Assembly: GCA_964494105.1 (NCBI GenBank)
Contig: CAZBQI010000001.1
Location: 3,126-67,125, forward strand
Direction: 5' to 3'
From: an uncultured Candidatus Saccharibacteria bacterium
GTDB taxonomy: Bacteria > Patescibacteriota > Saccharimonadia > CAZBQI01
Length of the DNA: 64,000 bases
The number at the start of each line of letters is the position of its first letter. Position 1 is the stretch's first letter. Positions 1 to 8,959 of the stretch are shown in pieces. Made by a program: the position numbers and the translations under genes. Below the pieces are notes generated by a model. That model saw only the letters and a program-made list of their open reading frames with translations. It had not been told where the DNA came from and did no database searches.

Positions 1-48
1 AACACGGCTGCGATGGCGTTTTTTTGGCTGGAAAGTTCGTTTCGGCAT
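1..48 (-). CDS. rpmH: 50S ribosomal protein L34 (5' part, runs off window)
   Basis: Reverse complement reads MPKRTFQPKKRHRSRV, the L34 N-terminus; divergent from dnaA as is typical. Confidence 0.9.
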   Translation of the reverse strand, partial: MPKRTFQPKKRHRSRV

Positions 49-168
49 AGAGTAGTAGCTTAACGTGGAAAAGGGTGTTTCGTCAACCCAGCAAGCAGTG
101 TTTGTGAGGGCTGAGGTTGCCACAGGAGCCGATCTAAATAGACACAATTTACAACCTTCATGTCGAAC

Positions 169-309
169 TTATCCACAATCGTTTTCTGTAGTTATAGAAA
201 AGTTTATCCACACTCCTTCCGCAATTGTCCACAGATTAACAGATAGACCTAGAAAAATGTGGATAAATATGGGCTAATTTGTTGATGTTCGATTTTTGCT
301 TGTGGAAAG
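169..309. promoter_or_regulatory. DnaA-box cluster (oriC region)
   Basis: TTATCCACA at 169-177 and 204-212, TTGTCCACA 225-233, TGTGGATAA 258-266, TGTGGAAAG 301-309 between rpmH and dnaA. Confidence 0.85.
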
Positions 310-359
310 GTGCGGGTTCGCCTAGTATATTGAATACGTGAGTCTAGGAGGCCAAGAGC

Positions 360-1703
360 TTGAGTAATAACGACGTACTATGGCAAACAGTTTTGGGAGA
401 AATCGAGGTGGTGCTTTCGGGGGCTACTTTTTCTACTTGGTTTAAGAACACCAGCCTACTAAGTGCTGACAGTGGCAACGCCTTAATTGGTGTGCCAAAT
501 ATATTCACCAAAAAGCAATTCGAAGAAAAATATCGCGGTTTAATCGAAAAAACCTTGCGCAAAAATGGTGTTGACCTAAAATCTTTAAATTTTAAGGTCG
601 CTTTGAACTCGAACGTCAAGAGAGTGGCTCCTCCCGGGCCAAACTTAGTTAACCCGGTGCCCGGCTCTCGCCCGGCCGTCGAACCACCTCGTAGTACCCT
701 CAATAAGCGCTACACCTTTAGTAATTTCATTGTCGGCGGTAGTAACGAGCTGGCCTATGCCGCCGCCCAAGCAATCGCCCGCGAACCGGGAGAACGCTAC
801 AACCCCTTTTTTGTATATGGCGGGGTTGGACTTGGCAAAACCCATCTCATTCAGGCTATCGGTAACGAGATAAAAAGTCGCCAGCCCGACTTTGTAATTG
901 AATACGTTACCAGTGAGCGCTTTAAAAATGAATTTGTGGCTTCTATTTTGCGTAACACCAAGAACTTTAGTCATAAATATCGCAATGTTGATGTGTTGAT
1001 TATCGACGACATGCAGTTTATTGCCGGCAAAGAAAAAACCCAAGAGGAATTCTTCCACACCTTTAACACTCTCCACCAAAACAACAAGCAAATTATCATC
1101 TCTAGTGACAAGCCACCAAAGGCCATTCCTACTCTTGAGGAGCGTTTACGCTCACGCTTTGAATGGGGCATGAGCGCCGACATCCAGGCGCCTGATTTTG
1201 AAACCAGAATGGCAATTATTCAAGCTAAAACCGCTCATTATGCCGTCGCTATGCCGGTTGAGGTAATCGAATACATCGCTGCCAATATTCAATCCAACAT
1301 CCGGGAGTTAGAAGGAGCCATCACCAAACTACTTGCCCACTGTGAAATGCGCGGAGCACAGCCGACAGTCGAGATGGCCGAGAACCTACTTACAAGCACC
1401 GGCGTAAAGTCGAAACACCTAACACCAAAGCACATTATTGATAAGACCGCACGATATTTTAACCTCAGTATTACCGAAATTACCGGACCAAAAAGAGACA
1501 AAGAGATTGTGGAACCCAGGCAGATAGCAATGTATTTAATGCGTACCGAACTACACCTTAGTTTCCCGCAAGTGGCAAAACAGCTTGGTCGTAGCGATCA
1601 CTCGACGGCTATGCACTCCGTCGACAAGATCGAAAAAGCTTTGACCGAAAACCAACAAATGCGCCAAAAAGTCTTAGAACTGAAGGAAAAACTATATGTA
1701 TAG
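360..1703 (+). CDS. dnaA: Chromosomal replication initiator DnaA
   Basis: NPFFVYGGVGLGKTHL Walker A, LIIDDMQF, RSRFEWG, RELEGA, DHSTAMHS domain IV. Confidence 0.98.
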   Translation: MSNNDVLWQTVLGEIEVVLSGATFSTWFKNTSLLSADSGNALIGVPNIFTKKQFEEKYRGLIEKTLRKNGVDLKSLNFKVALNSNVKRVAPPGPNLVNPVPGSRPAVEPPRSTLNKRYTFSNFIVGGSNELAYAAAQAIAREPGERYNPFFVYGGVGLGKTHLIQAIGNEIKSRQPDFVIEYVTSERFKNEFVASILRNTKNFSHKYRNVDVLIIDDMQFIAGKEKTQEEFFHTFNTLHQNNKQIIISSDKPPKAIPTLEERLRSRFEWGMSADIQAPDFETRMAIIQAKTAHYAVAMPVEVIEYIAANIQSNIRELEGAITKLLAHCEMRGAQPTVEMAENLLTSTGVKSKHLTPKHIIDKTARYFNLSITEITGPKRDKEIVEPRQIAMYLMRTELHLSFPQVAKQLGRSDHSTAMHSVDKIEKALTENQQMRQKVLELKEKLYV

Positions 1704-1706
1704 AGC

Positions 1707-1943
1707 TGTGGATAGTCTGGTTAAAAGCTGGTTACAAAATTGTGTAAATATCAACCAAAAATATTTCTTGTGTATAATTCTTGGTTTTTCCGCTTTTCTT
1801 GCACAACTTGTGCAACTAGTTTTCGTCAGCCAAAATCAGCCAAAAATGGCTCTTGTAAGTAATCGTCATGGACTTTTCCGCTTTTCCACAACTTATAATC
1901 AACAAGATTCTTCTTATTTTAATAAATTAATAAAGGAACCAAT
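1707..1943. promoter_or_regulatory. dnaA-dnaN intergenic region with DnaA-box-like sites and AT-rich tract (possible unwinding region)
   Basis: TGTGGATAG 1707-1715, TTTTCCACA 1882-1890, AT-rich 1905-1935. Confidence 0.55.
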
Positions 1944-3050
1944 ATGAAGGTAAATGTTTTACAAACAAATCTACATAAAGCACTTAATGTAGTTGGGAAA
2001 ATTGTTGGCAATCGAGCCACACTGCCAGTACTGGCTAATGTCTTAATAAAAACCGACTCAAACCGACTCAAGATTTCTTCGACCAACTTAGAGATCGGAA
2101 TTAATACCTGGATCGGGGCTAAAGTGGAACAAACCGGGGCAATCACGGTTCCTGCCCGCTTAATGGCCGACTATGTGTCTAGTTTGACCGAAGGCAATAT
2201 AGGGATTGAGCAATCAAAGCAAACTCTTCATTTAAAAAGCCACCAAACCGATTCGCACATTAACGGCATTGAGGCCAAAGAGTTCCCCAGTATCCCCGAG
2301 TTTAATAAAGCTCCACTTTTGCAGGTTGAAGCCAAAAAACTCAAAGACGCCCTGGCACGAGTTGTGGGTGCGGCATCATTTGATGATACTCGGCCAATTC
2401 TAAATGGTCTGCTATTTAGCACGAACAAAACAAAGCTGACGATTGTGGCTACAGACAGCTATCGATTAGCCGAAAAAGTTTTGGATTTGGCGGTGGCGCC
2501 AACCGAACAGCTAAAGATTATCGTGCCGGCCAGAACCACCCAAGAGTTGCTTCGTATGATCGATAACGAGTCCGGAGATGTCGAGTTGTTGGCTGAAGAA
2601 AATCAAGTAATGTTTCGTTTTAACGACACAGAGCTAATATCACGACTGATTGACGGTGAATACCCAGACTACCAGCAATTAATTCCGACAGACGTCTTAA
2701 CAAGCGTAGAGCTACCCACCAAAGAGATCCAGGGTGTCACCAAGCTGGCTGCCTTATTTGCACGTGAAAGTGGTGGCAGTGTAACGCTAAGCGTTAATGC
2801 AAAAGACCAGAAATTAGAAACGAGAGCCACTGCTACCCAAGTGGGAGATTCGGTTTCGTCGATGGACGCCAAAATTACTGGTGAAGACGCCACAATATCC
2901 CTTAATTCTCGCTACTTGCTCGACGCCCTAGCATCACTAAACAGCGAACAGCTAAGAATAGAAATAACGGGCAAGATTAACCCTTGTCTGTTGCGACCGC
3001 TAGAAAAAACCGGAGAGTACCTACACCTCATAATGCCACTAAGAGGCTAA
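1944..3050 (+). CDS. dnaN: DNA polymerase III beta clamp
   Basis: STNLEIGI, VATDSYRLA, SRLIDGEYPDY, C-terminal IMPLR; follows dnaA. Confidence 0.97.
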   Translation: MKVNVLQTNLHKALNVVGKIVGNRATLPVLANVLIKTDSNRLKISSTNLEIGINTWIGAKVEQTGAITVPARLMADYVSSLTEGNIGIEQSKQTLHLKSHQTDSHINGIEAKEFPSIPEFNKAPLLQVEAKKLKDALARVVGAASFDDTRPILNGLLFSTNKTKLTIVATDSYRLAEKVLDLAVAPTEQLKIIVPARTTQELLRMIDNESGDVELLAEENQVMFRFNDTELISRLIDGEYPDYQQLIPTDVLTSVELPTKEIQGVTKLAALFARESGGSVTLSVNAKDQKLETRATATQVGDSVSSMDAKITGEDATISLNSRYLLDALASLNSEQLRIEITGKINPCLLRPLEKTGEYLHLIMPLRG

Positions 3051-3141
3051 GGGAGGGTGGGGGCTAGCCGCTACTTGGAAGTTTTGATAAGCACTATGTT
3101 AAACAAACTACCACTAAAATATGCGAAGAGTAGTTAGTCGC

Positions 3142-4209
3142 ATGGCTCTTAAAAATTTAAACATAATAAATTTTCGTTCCTATAAAAGTAGGGCGATAAC
3201 ACTTCACCCTCAGCTAAATTTAGTAATTGGGCCAAACGGTAGCGGAAAGACTAACTTATTAGAGGCTCTTTACGTATTAACGCAAACAAAATCTTATCGC
3301 GCTCGCGACGAGGAGCTAATAATGCATGGCCAAAGCGGGTATTCTCTCACGGGAACAGCTGGTCCAATCGAGTATAGGGTTAAGTATTCTACGCTTCCAA
3401 GAAAACTAAAGACTATCCAAACTAATTCTCGATCGCAGCGCCTAGAGGAATACATTGGCCAACTACCCTCTGTGTTGTTTGAGCCAAATAGTGTATTTAT
3501 TGCCAGTGGCGCGCCCGCTATTAGAAGAGCATATATTGATGGTGTTTTGTGTGGTATCGATGAGCGCTACCTGGTTGATTTAGTTCACTACAAGCGTGCC
3601 CTGAAGCAACGCAACGTCCTGCTAAGAGCACGACCCCGCGATATAGAGGCGCAGATTTTTGCTTGGGATATCAAGCTTGTCGAATTAAGCGATCATATCT
3701 TTAAGCAGCGCCAAGCCTTTACCAGGTTTTTAAATGACAGTGCAACCAAATTGTACGCTGAAATTGCCGGATCGTCTGTGGTAGTCGAAACCAACTATCA
3801 AAGCAGTAGCGACCAGCGCGATTATGCTTCGTCTTTCTTGCAACTATTGCAAAAGCACCTTAAGCGCGACTTAATTTTTGGCAATACTGGCGACGGCATA
3901 CATCGAGACGACCTAGCTATTTCGTTTAATGGCAAACCGGTTCAATCCGTAGCGTCGCGTGGCGAGGTGCGCACCCTCACACTTGCCTATAAACTGCTAG
4001 AAATGGCATATATCGAGCAACAAACAAAAAGACACCCGATAATTCTGCTAGATGATGTATTTAGTGAATTAGATACTAGGCGTCGAGAGTTCTTATTGTT
4101 AAAACTAAACAAATGCCAGTCATTCATCACTACAACAGACCTACATGGCATAAAAGTTGCATCTAAAAACGATCACACAGTAATTAAGCTAGGGAGTAAA
4201 AATGCTTGA
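3142..4209 (+). CDS. recF: DNA replication/repair protein RecF
   Basis: NFRSY, GPNGSGKTNLLEA, SRGEVR, ILLDDVFSELD. Confidence 0.95.
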   Translation: MALKNLNIINFRSYKSRAITLHPQLNLVIGPNGSGKTNLLEALYVLTQTKSYRARDEELIMHGQSGYSLTGTAGPIEYRVKYSTLPRKLKTIQTNSRSQRLEEYIGQLPSVLFEPNSVFIASGAPAIRRAYIDGVLCGIDERYLVDLVHYKRALKQRNVLLRARPRDIEAQIFAWDIKLVELSDHIFKQRQAFTRFLNDSATKLYAEIAGSSVVVETNYQSSSDQRDYASSFLQLLQKHLKRDLIFGNTGDGIHRDDLAISFNGKPVQSVASRGEVRTLTLAYKLLEMAYIEQQTKRHPIILLDDVFSELDTRRREFLLLKLNKCQSFITTTDLHGIKVASKNDHTVIKLGSKNA

Positions 4210-4480
4210 AGAGGCTAGGCGACACCTTGAGAAAAAAGCCAAACAACTTGATCTTGGCCGGGCGCAGGCGCTGGCCGATATTCAGGCGATATTAGATGGG
4301 CGCTACCCGCAGATGACGCAAGCCAAAAGCATAAATGAGGGCGTATTAAAGGTGCTAGTGGAATCATCGGCGGTGGCGAGTGAGCTGAGGCTTAATCAGG
4401 TGGAAATTTTAAAGCTTGCGAATAAAAAGCAAGCATATTTGATCGAGAGAATATACATCCAGACCGGTTCTTTCAAATAA
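4202..4480 (+). CDS. DciA/DUF721-family protein
   Basis: Small ORF overlapping recF stop; GVLKVLVESSAVASELRL resembles the DciA motif. Confidence 0.65.
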   Translation: MLEEARRHLEKKAKQLDLGRAQALADIQAILDGRYPQMTQAKSINEGVLKVLVESSAVASELRLNQVEILKLANKKQAYLIERIYIQTGSFK

Positions 4481-4508
4481 ACTTCAGCTAATTGGTATCT
4501 AATAAAAT

Positions 4509-5996
4509 CTAATAGACTTCGTAATTGATTTGAACAAGCGAGGAGTCGATACCAGAATCCTTTAGATAGGCGAGGGCCTCTTCGCGATAACGATTAATAA
4601 GTTCATCATAAGATGCGCCATTATTTTGGGCCGAGTAGTCTATTCCCTGAACCGGTCTCGGGGCGAATGTCTTAATAGTAACAAGAGGCTTGTTACTAGC
4701 TATTGTATAAGTAATTTCATAATGGTCTTCGGTTCTTGGTAGTGCCTTATTAAGCTTATCTATCAAATTGGCGTTCCCGGTCTTTGTGAACATTATTCTA
4801 AATAGCCCACCATTGTTTGACGGTGAAGATGTTCCGAAATATATCTGGTTCTGTGTGCAAGCAATGCTGGTGAGATCGTTTTGCTTGGTCAATAAGTTAG
4901 TAGATCTATTTTCGAGGTTATAAAGCCAAAGCCCAAGAGTATCGCCAAAAGTCACCTTGTTTTCATCACACCAGCTAATAGGAAGTGTCTTGATTTGTTT
5001 TTTCTCGATTGTTCCAACAACGGCCTTCTTTTCGGTGTCATATATTTTGATGACACTATCGAGTGCGTAGGCCAGAAGTTTACGACTTGGCGACCAGGCA
5101 GCAGCCACTACAATTCTGCCCTCATCCAGTACTCGCTTTTCTTTACTATTAATATCAAGAATGGTCAGTCCGCCACCTTGATACTCTTCAAAATTTACCT
5201 CGTTTAGTTTTGCTTTTTCATTGTCGGTATGTGGGTAGCCCGAAGGGATGCTAAATACCGCCACCTTGCGCTCGCCATCATAGGCAATATTTGAATCGGC
5301 ATCTTTCGTAGAAAATACTTTTCTAGCTACCAATTCACCCTGTTGTTTTACAAAAACATCCTTACCTGTGCTGACGGCGAAACTGCTGGAGTCCACTCCG
5401 AGTGCGATTTTTGATGTACTGGTTAGTTTTGTAAAGACGGTGTTGGTTATCTCTTGCTTGTTGTTATTTACAATTTCGTATAGCTTGCCCTGGTTGGTGA
5501 TAGCTATGCCGTACTGATTATTTGCTTGAAGGTCGTTTATCCCAAAAAGATCAGTTAAATATGGCTGGGTTATACCACTTGCACCGTCGTATTTATTGGC
5601 AATTTGGGTTGTTGGGACCACAAAAATAACATCATTATTTTGGACAGAAACGTTTCTTGCCGGCTGGTCGGATAAGTCTTCGACTGGTTTCTGTGGTTCG
5701 GGCTTTAAAGCAACTTTGGTGGCGCTCCTTGGGTTAATACTGACTACCATTGTGCTGGTGTTGCCGTTATAGTCGGCAAATACGGCGTATTGCCCGCGAT
5801 TTAGTCGACGTTTTAGTTCGCTAGATTTTTTCTTGGCTAGCTCTTGGCCGGCTTCGTTTTCGATGCGTAGCGTATAGTTATCGTCGGGAGCGGTGATAAT
5901 TACTGTGCCACTATGCCACCAGCGCCAGCCAACAAATATAATACCGACTACAATTAAGGCAACGGCACAGATTTGTAATATACGTTTGATATTCAT
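4509..5996 (-). CDS. Membrane-anchored extracellular protein, probable beta-propeller (TolB/WD40-like)
   Basis: N-terminal TM; AAWSPSRKLLAY and ISWCDENKVTF propeller-like repeats; last gene of the T4SS operon. Confidence 0.55.
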   Translation of the reverse strand: MNIKRILQICAVALIVVGIIFVGWRWWHSGTVIITAPDDNYTLRIENEAGQELAKKKSSELKRRLNRGQYAVFADYNGNTSTMVVSINPRSATKVALKPEPQKPVEDLSDQPARNVSVQNNDVIFVVPTTQIANKYDGASGITQPYLTDLFGINDLQANNQYGIAITNQGKLYEIVNNNKQEITNTVFTKLTSTSKIALGVDSSSFAVSTGKDVFVKQQGELVARKVFSTKDADSNIAYDGERKVAVFSIPSGYPHTDNEKAKLNEVNFEEYQGGGLTILDINSKEKRVLDEGRIVVAAAWSPSRKLLAYALDSVIKIYDTEKKAVVGTIEKKQIKTLPISWCDENKVTFGDTLGLWLYNLENRSTNLLTKQNDLTSIACTQNQIYFGTSSPSNNGGLFRIMFTKTGNANLIDKLNKALPRTEDHYEITYTIASNKPLVTIKTFAPRPVQGIDYSAQNNGASYDELINRYREEALAYLKDSGIDSSLVQINYEVY

Positions 5997-5999
5997 CTT

Positions 6000-7985
6000 T
6001 TAAAGACTACTCCCTCGCCCGCCGTCAGGGAAATCATCACAAAGTGTTGGTTCCCCAACACCGTCCGGCACAACCACGCCATTCGTTAGTGGGTTAACAG
6101 TACCATTGGCACTGCCCTGGACGCCACCTTGCTTCTGGACGTTAAAATGCAAGTGTGCGCCGGTGCTTCGACCAGTATTACCTGATTTGGCAATTTCTTG
6201 GCCCTTGGTAACAGTATCGCCTTCGGCAACCAAGATTTCGCTCAAGTGTCCGTAGAGTGTCCAAAAGCCATTGCCATGATTAATAACAATGGCGTTGCCA
6301 TACCCGCTAGTTAAGCTCCCGCTAATACCGGCAAATTCTACCGTGCCGGCATCAGCCGCAAAAACTTTACTACCAACGGGAACACCGATATCAAGCCCGG
6401 AGTGTCTGCCGTAACTCCGTACATCCCCCCAGCAGGCAGTGAGGGTTCCTGCTGGCTCGACTGGCCACTGGAACTGGCCACTGGCGGTGGCGCCGGGGCA
6501 GCCATTTGTATTACCCGCTGCCGGCGTGGTAGCGCCACCGGTACTAGGCGCTACGCCCGGATTACCTACTACTCCACCGTACAGCCAGTAGCCCCGCAGT
6601 ACGGTATTTACATACTCACTAGAGTGGTTATAGTGCCAAATGGCGTTCGAAATACTGTGGGCTTGCGCGCCACCGTTTGGATCGCCCAAGGGGGCACCAA
6701 TAATTCCGCCATTTGCCGCCAAATAATTAGCTGCGCCATACGCCGCGTCGGTTAAATTTTGAATATCAGCCACGCCATTCTCATCGCCGTCTACACCATA
6801 AGCTCTCCAGGTATCATTTAAGAACTGAAACGGTCCATTTGCCCCCTTGTCGGAACTTGCCCAAGGGCCTTCATGGTTAGGCCAGCCGGCACCATTTCCA
6901 CCGCCATGCTCGCCGTAGTGGAAAATTCCCGCAATCAACGCCGGCTCGACATTGAACCGCGCCCCGGCGGCGGTAAAAATACTATTATATGGCTCCGGTA
7001 CGCCATTTGGGCCGGTAGGCAGGGTGCCGGGAGGTAGCCCAGACCCGAGTGCGCTACAGGTACAACCATCCGCGGCGTCATTAGCGGCGGCATCACTTGG
7101 GTCGCTACCGCTACTGCCGGTAACCTCGGTAGCAATAAGTTCGGCGAGTGATACGGCGCCGGCGCTTGTGTTATGAATAAAATCGCCCTCTAGATAATCG
7201 TTGGTATCAGCCGGTGGGCTGGTGTTGGTACGCAGACTTACGTTGGTTGGGCCGGGAATGTTTTTCGGGTCACTGGATGCGCCAAAGTTATTTTTGTACT
7301 CACTAATCACGCTGTAGCCCAGGCTCCCCGCCTCGTCATAAATTACTCGGTTGCGTCGGGAGTATTCACCCGGGTTGGCAGTTGCGCCAACATCAACGTA
7401 GTAGTAATTGGCATCGGGGTTTAAATCTTTCAAGTCACCAACAAAGCTTCGCAGTCTGGTAGTAAAGTTGCTTTCTACTGTGGGTGGGTTCGTGCCCAAT
7501 TCAATAATAATGGCATCGGCTTGCCGGATGGCTTCGGCATCGGCCGTTAGAGCATCATCAATTGTTTGGGCGGGGGGTGCCCCAGGAAAATTAGCACCAC
7601 CCGAAGTGTACGATCTGCCCGGTACAGCGTTACGAGTTAGTTGCCAGTTATTGTTGCGAAACTTATCTTCGATAGTGCCTTTGGTTTGAAGATGGTAACC
7701 CTTGGAGTCACCAATTAAATAGGCTTTTTTAGTTTGCGCGTCGTCAACACTCGGGCCCTGTTGGGCATCGGCAATTTGCTCGGCACAAGCACCGTTATAG
7801 TGCTGGGTGTTGTGCAGGATGGCATGGATGTTAAGGTCGGTTATGGCCGACACCGACTGCAATGGCACCAGCCAAGTGCTAACTAGTGTCAGCATAAATA
7901 CGCCGATTACGAATTTATGTACGTGATTTATGGGTAAGGCTTGCGGACGAGAAAACAAGCCGATCATTTCTTTACCAGCTTCCAT
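6000..7985 (-). CDS. Multidomain cell-wall hydrolase: SGNH-like + lytic transglycosylase + M23 peptidase
   Basis: LIGDS/ELGTN/DFIH (SGNH); GANGPFQFLNDTW, AAYGAANYL, YNHS (lysozyme-like); HSGLDIG, YGHL, STGAHLHF (M23). Confidence 0.85.
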   Translation of the reverse strand: MEAGKEMIGLFSRPQALPINHVHKFVIGVFMLTLVSTWLVPLQSVSAITDLNIHAILHNTQHYNGACAEQIADAQQGPSVDDAQTKKAYLIGDSKGYHLQTKGTIEDKFRNNNWQLTRNAVPGRSYTSGGANFPGAPPAQTIDDALTADAEAIRQADAIIIELGTNPPTVESNFTTRLRSFVGDLKDLNPDANYYYVDVGATANPGEYSRRNRVIYDEAGSLGYSVISEYKNNFGASSDPKNIPGPTNVSLRTNTSPPADTNDYLEGDFIHNTSAGAVSLAELIATEVTGSSGSDPSDAAANDAADGCTCSALGSGLPPGTLPTGPNGVPEPYNSIFTAAGARFNVEPALIAGIFHYGEHGGGNGAGWPNHEGPWASSDKGANGPFQFLNDTWRAYGVDGDENGVADIQNLTDAAYGAANYLAANGGIIGAPLGDPNGGAQAHSISNAIWHYNHSSEYVNTVLRGYWLYGGVVGNPGVAPSTGGATTPAAGNTNGCPGATASGQFQWPVEPAGTLTACWGDVRSYGRHSGLDIGVPVGSKVFAADAGTVEFAGISGSLTSGYGNAIVINHGNGFWTLYGHLSEILVAEGDTVTKGQEIAKSGNTGRSTGAHLHFNVQKQGGVQGSANGTVNPLTNGVVVPDGVGEPTLCDDFPDGGRGSSL

Positions 7986-8959
7986 AGCTTATTTTCAAAA
8001 CCGGCCACTAAATCGGCCTTTGGCGTGTTGGAGATGTTGGTGGGTATGGGTTTATCGGCCAGCACGCCGTACTCGGTTGTAGTGTTGGTTTTTAAATCAA
8101 GAATTTGGTATTTTACATCGACCCCATTTGCACGAGCTATCTGCAGGATATCTCCATGTAGAGCAAAATTGGTCTGTTCTTCACTATCGATTTGGTTTTG
8201 GGCCGAATCAACCACAACCATTTTTCCGTTAGCATCGACTACCAATAGTTTGTCGTTTTCTCTTAGCAATAATGACTTCTTTTGACTATCTACGTTATAG
8301 ACTTCAACGCCCGCCATTTCTTTTACAGTGTTGCCCGCGGTATTAATAATTCGCAGGTTGCCAACTAGTGACTCGACCTCGTTGTAAGACATTAACCCAA
8401 TGTTTTCACCAATGGCGTAGACCTCTTCGATGTTTGTGCCAGTATAAGAATGTAATACTTGGCCGTCGATTGATTCAACCGTGATGGTACTGGTGCCATC
8501 AGGACTGGTTTTTAAAATAATTACACTACCGTCATTACGCCAGACTGCTTGGCTACCGGTGAATGAACGAAGTTGTTGTTTTGAGCCGACATCGAAAATT
8601 ACACCCAAATTCTCTCGCACTATGCTAAAGTGCTTAGAATCTTGACTGATATCTAAGGCGCCCTCGCCGTACGCACCTAAGTTGGTTTTGCTTTGCCCGT
8701 CATAAATAACCCACTCTTGCAGTTTGCTTTTATAGACTATCCCTCTGGCATAACTAATTAAGCGACGGCTTTGACTATGATTAAGATTGCTATCTTTGTT
8801 TTCTGGCGGGATGTAGGTGTTATCGACAAATTCCGCTTTTAGGGTGCCACGCTCCTCGGGTTTATTCGAGGGTCTAACGAAAATTGCCCAGGCTGTACCA
8901 AAGAGAATTAGAATTGCGACTAAAATTACGATAATTCGCTTGCGACTACTAGTTTCCAT
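7964..8959 (-). CDS. Membrane-anchored hypothetical protein (beta-rich ectodomain)
   Basis: Start METSSRK followed by a hydrophobic helix; overlaps both neighbours in the operon. Confidence 0.7.
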   Translation of the reverse strand: METSSRKRIIVILVAILILFGTAWAIFVRPSNKPEERGTLKAEFVDNTYIPPENKDSNLNHSQSRRLISYARGIVYKSKLQEWVIYDGQSKTNLGAYGEGALDISQDSKHFSIVRENLGVIFDVGSKQQLRSFTGSQAVWRNDGSVIILKTSPDGTSTITVESIDGQVLHSYTGTNIEEVYAIGENIGLMSYNEVESLVGNLRIINTAGNTVKEMAGVEVYNVDSQKKSLLLRENDKLLVVDANGKMVVVDSAQNQIDSEEQTNFALHGDILQIARANGVDVKYQILDLKTNTTTEYGVLADKPIPTNISNTPKADLVAGFENKLWKLVKK

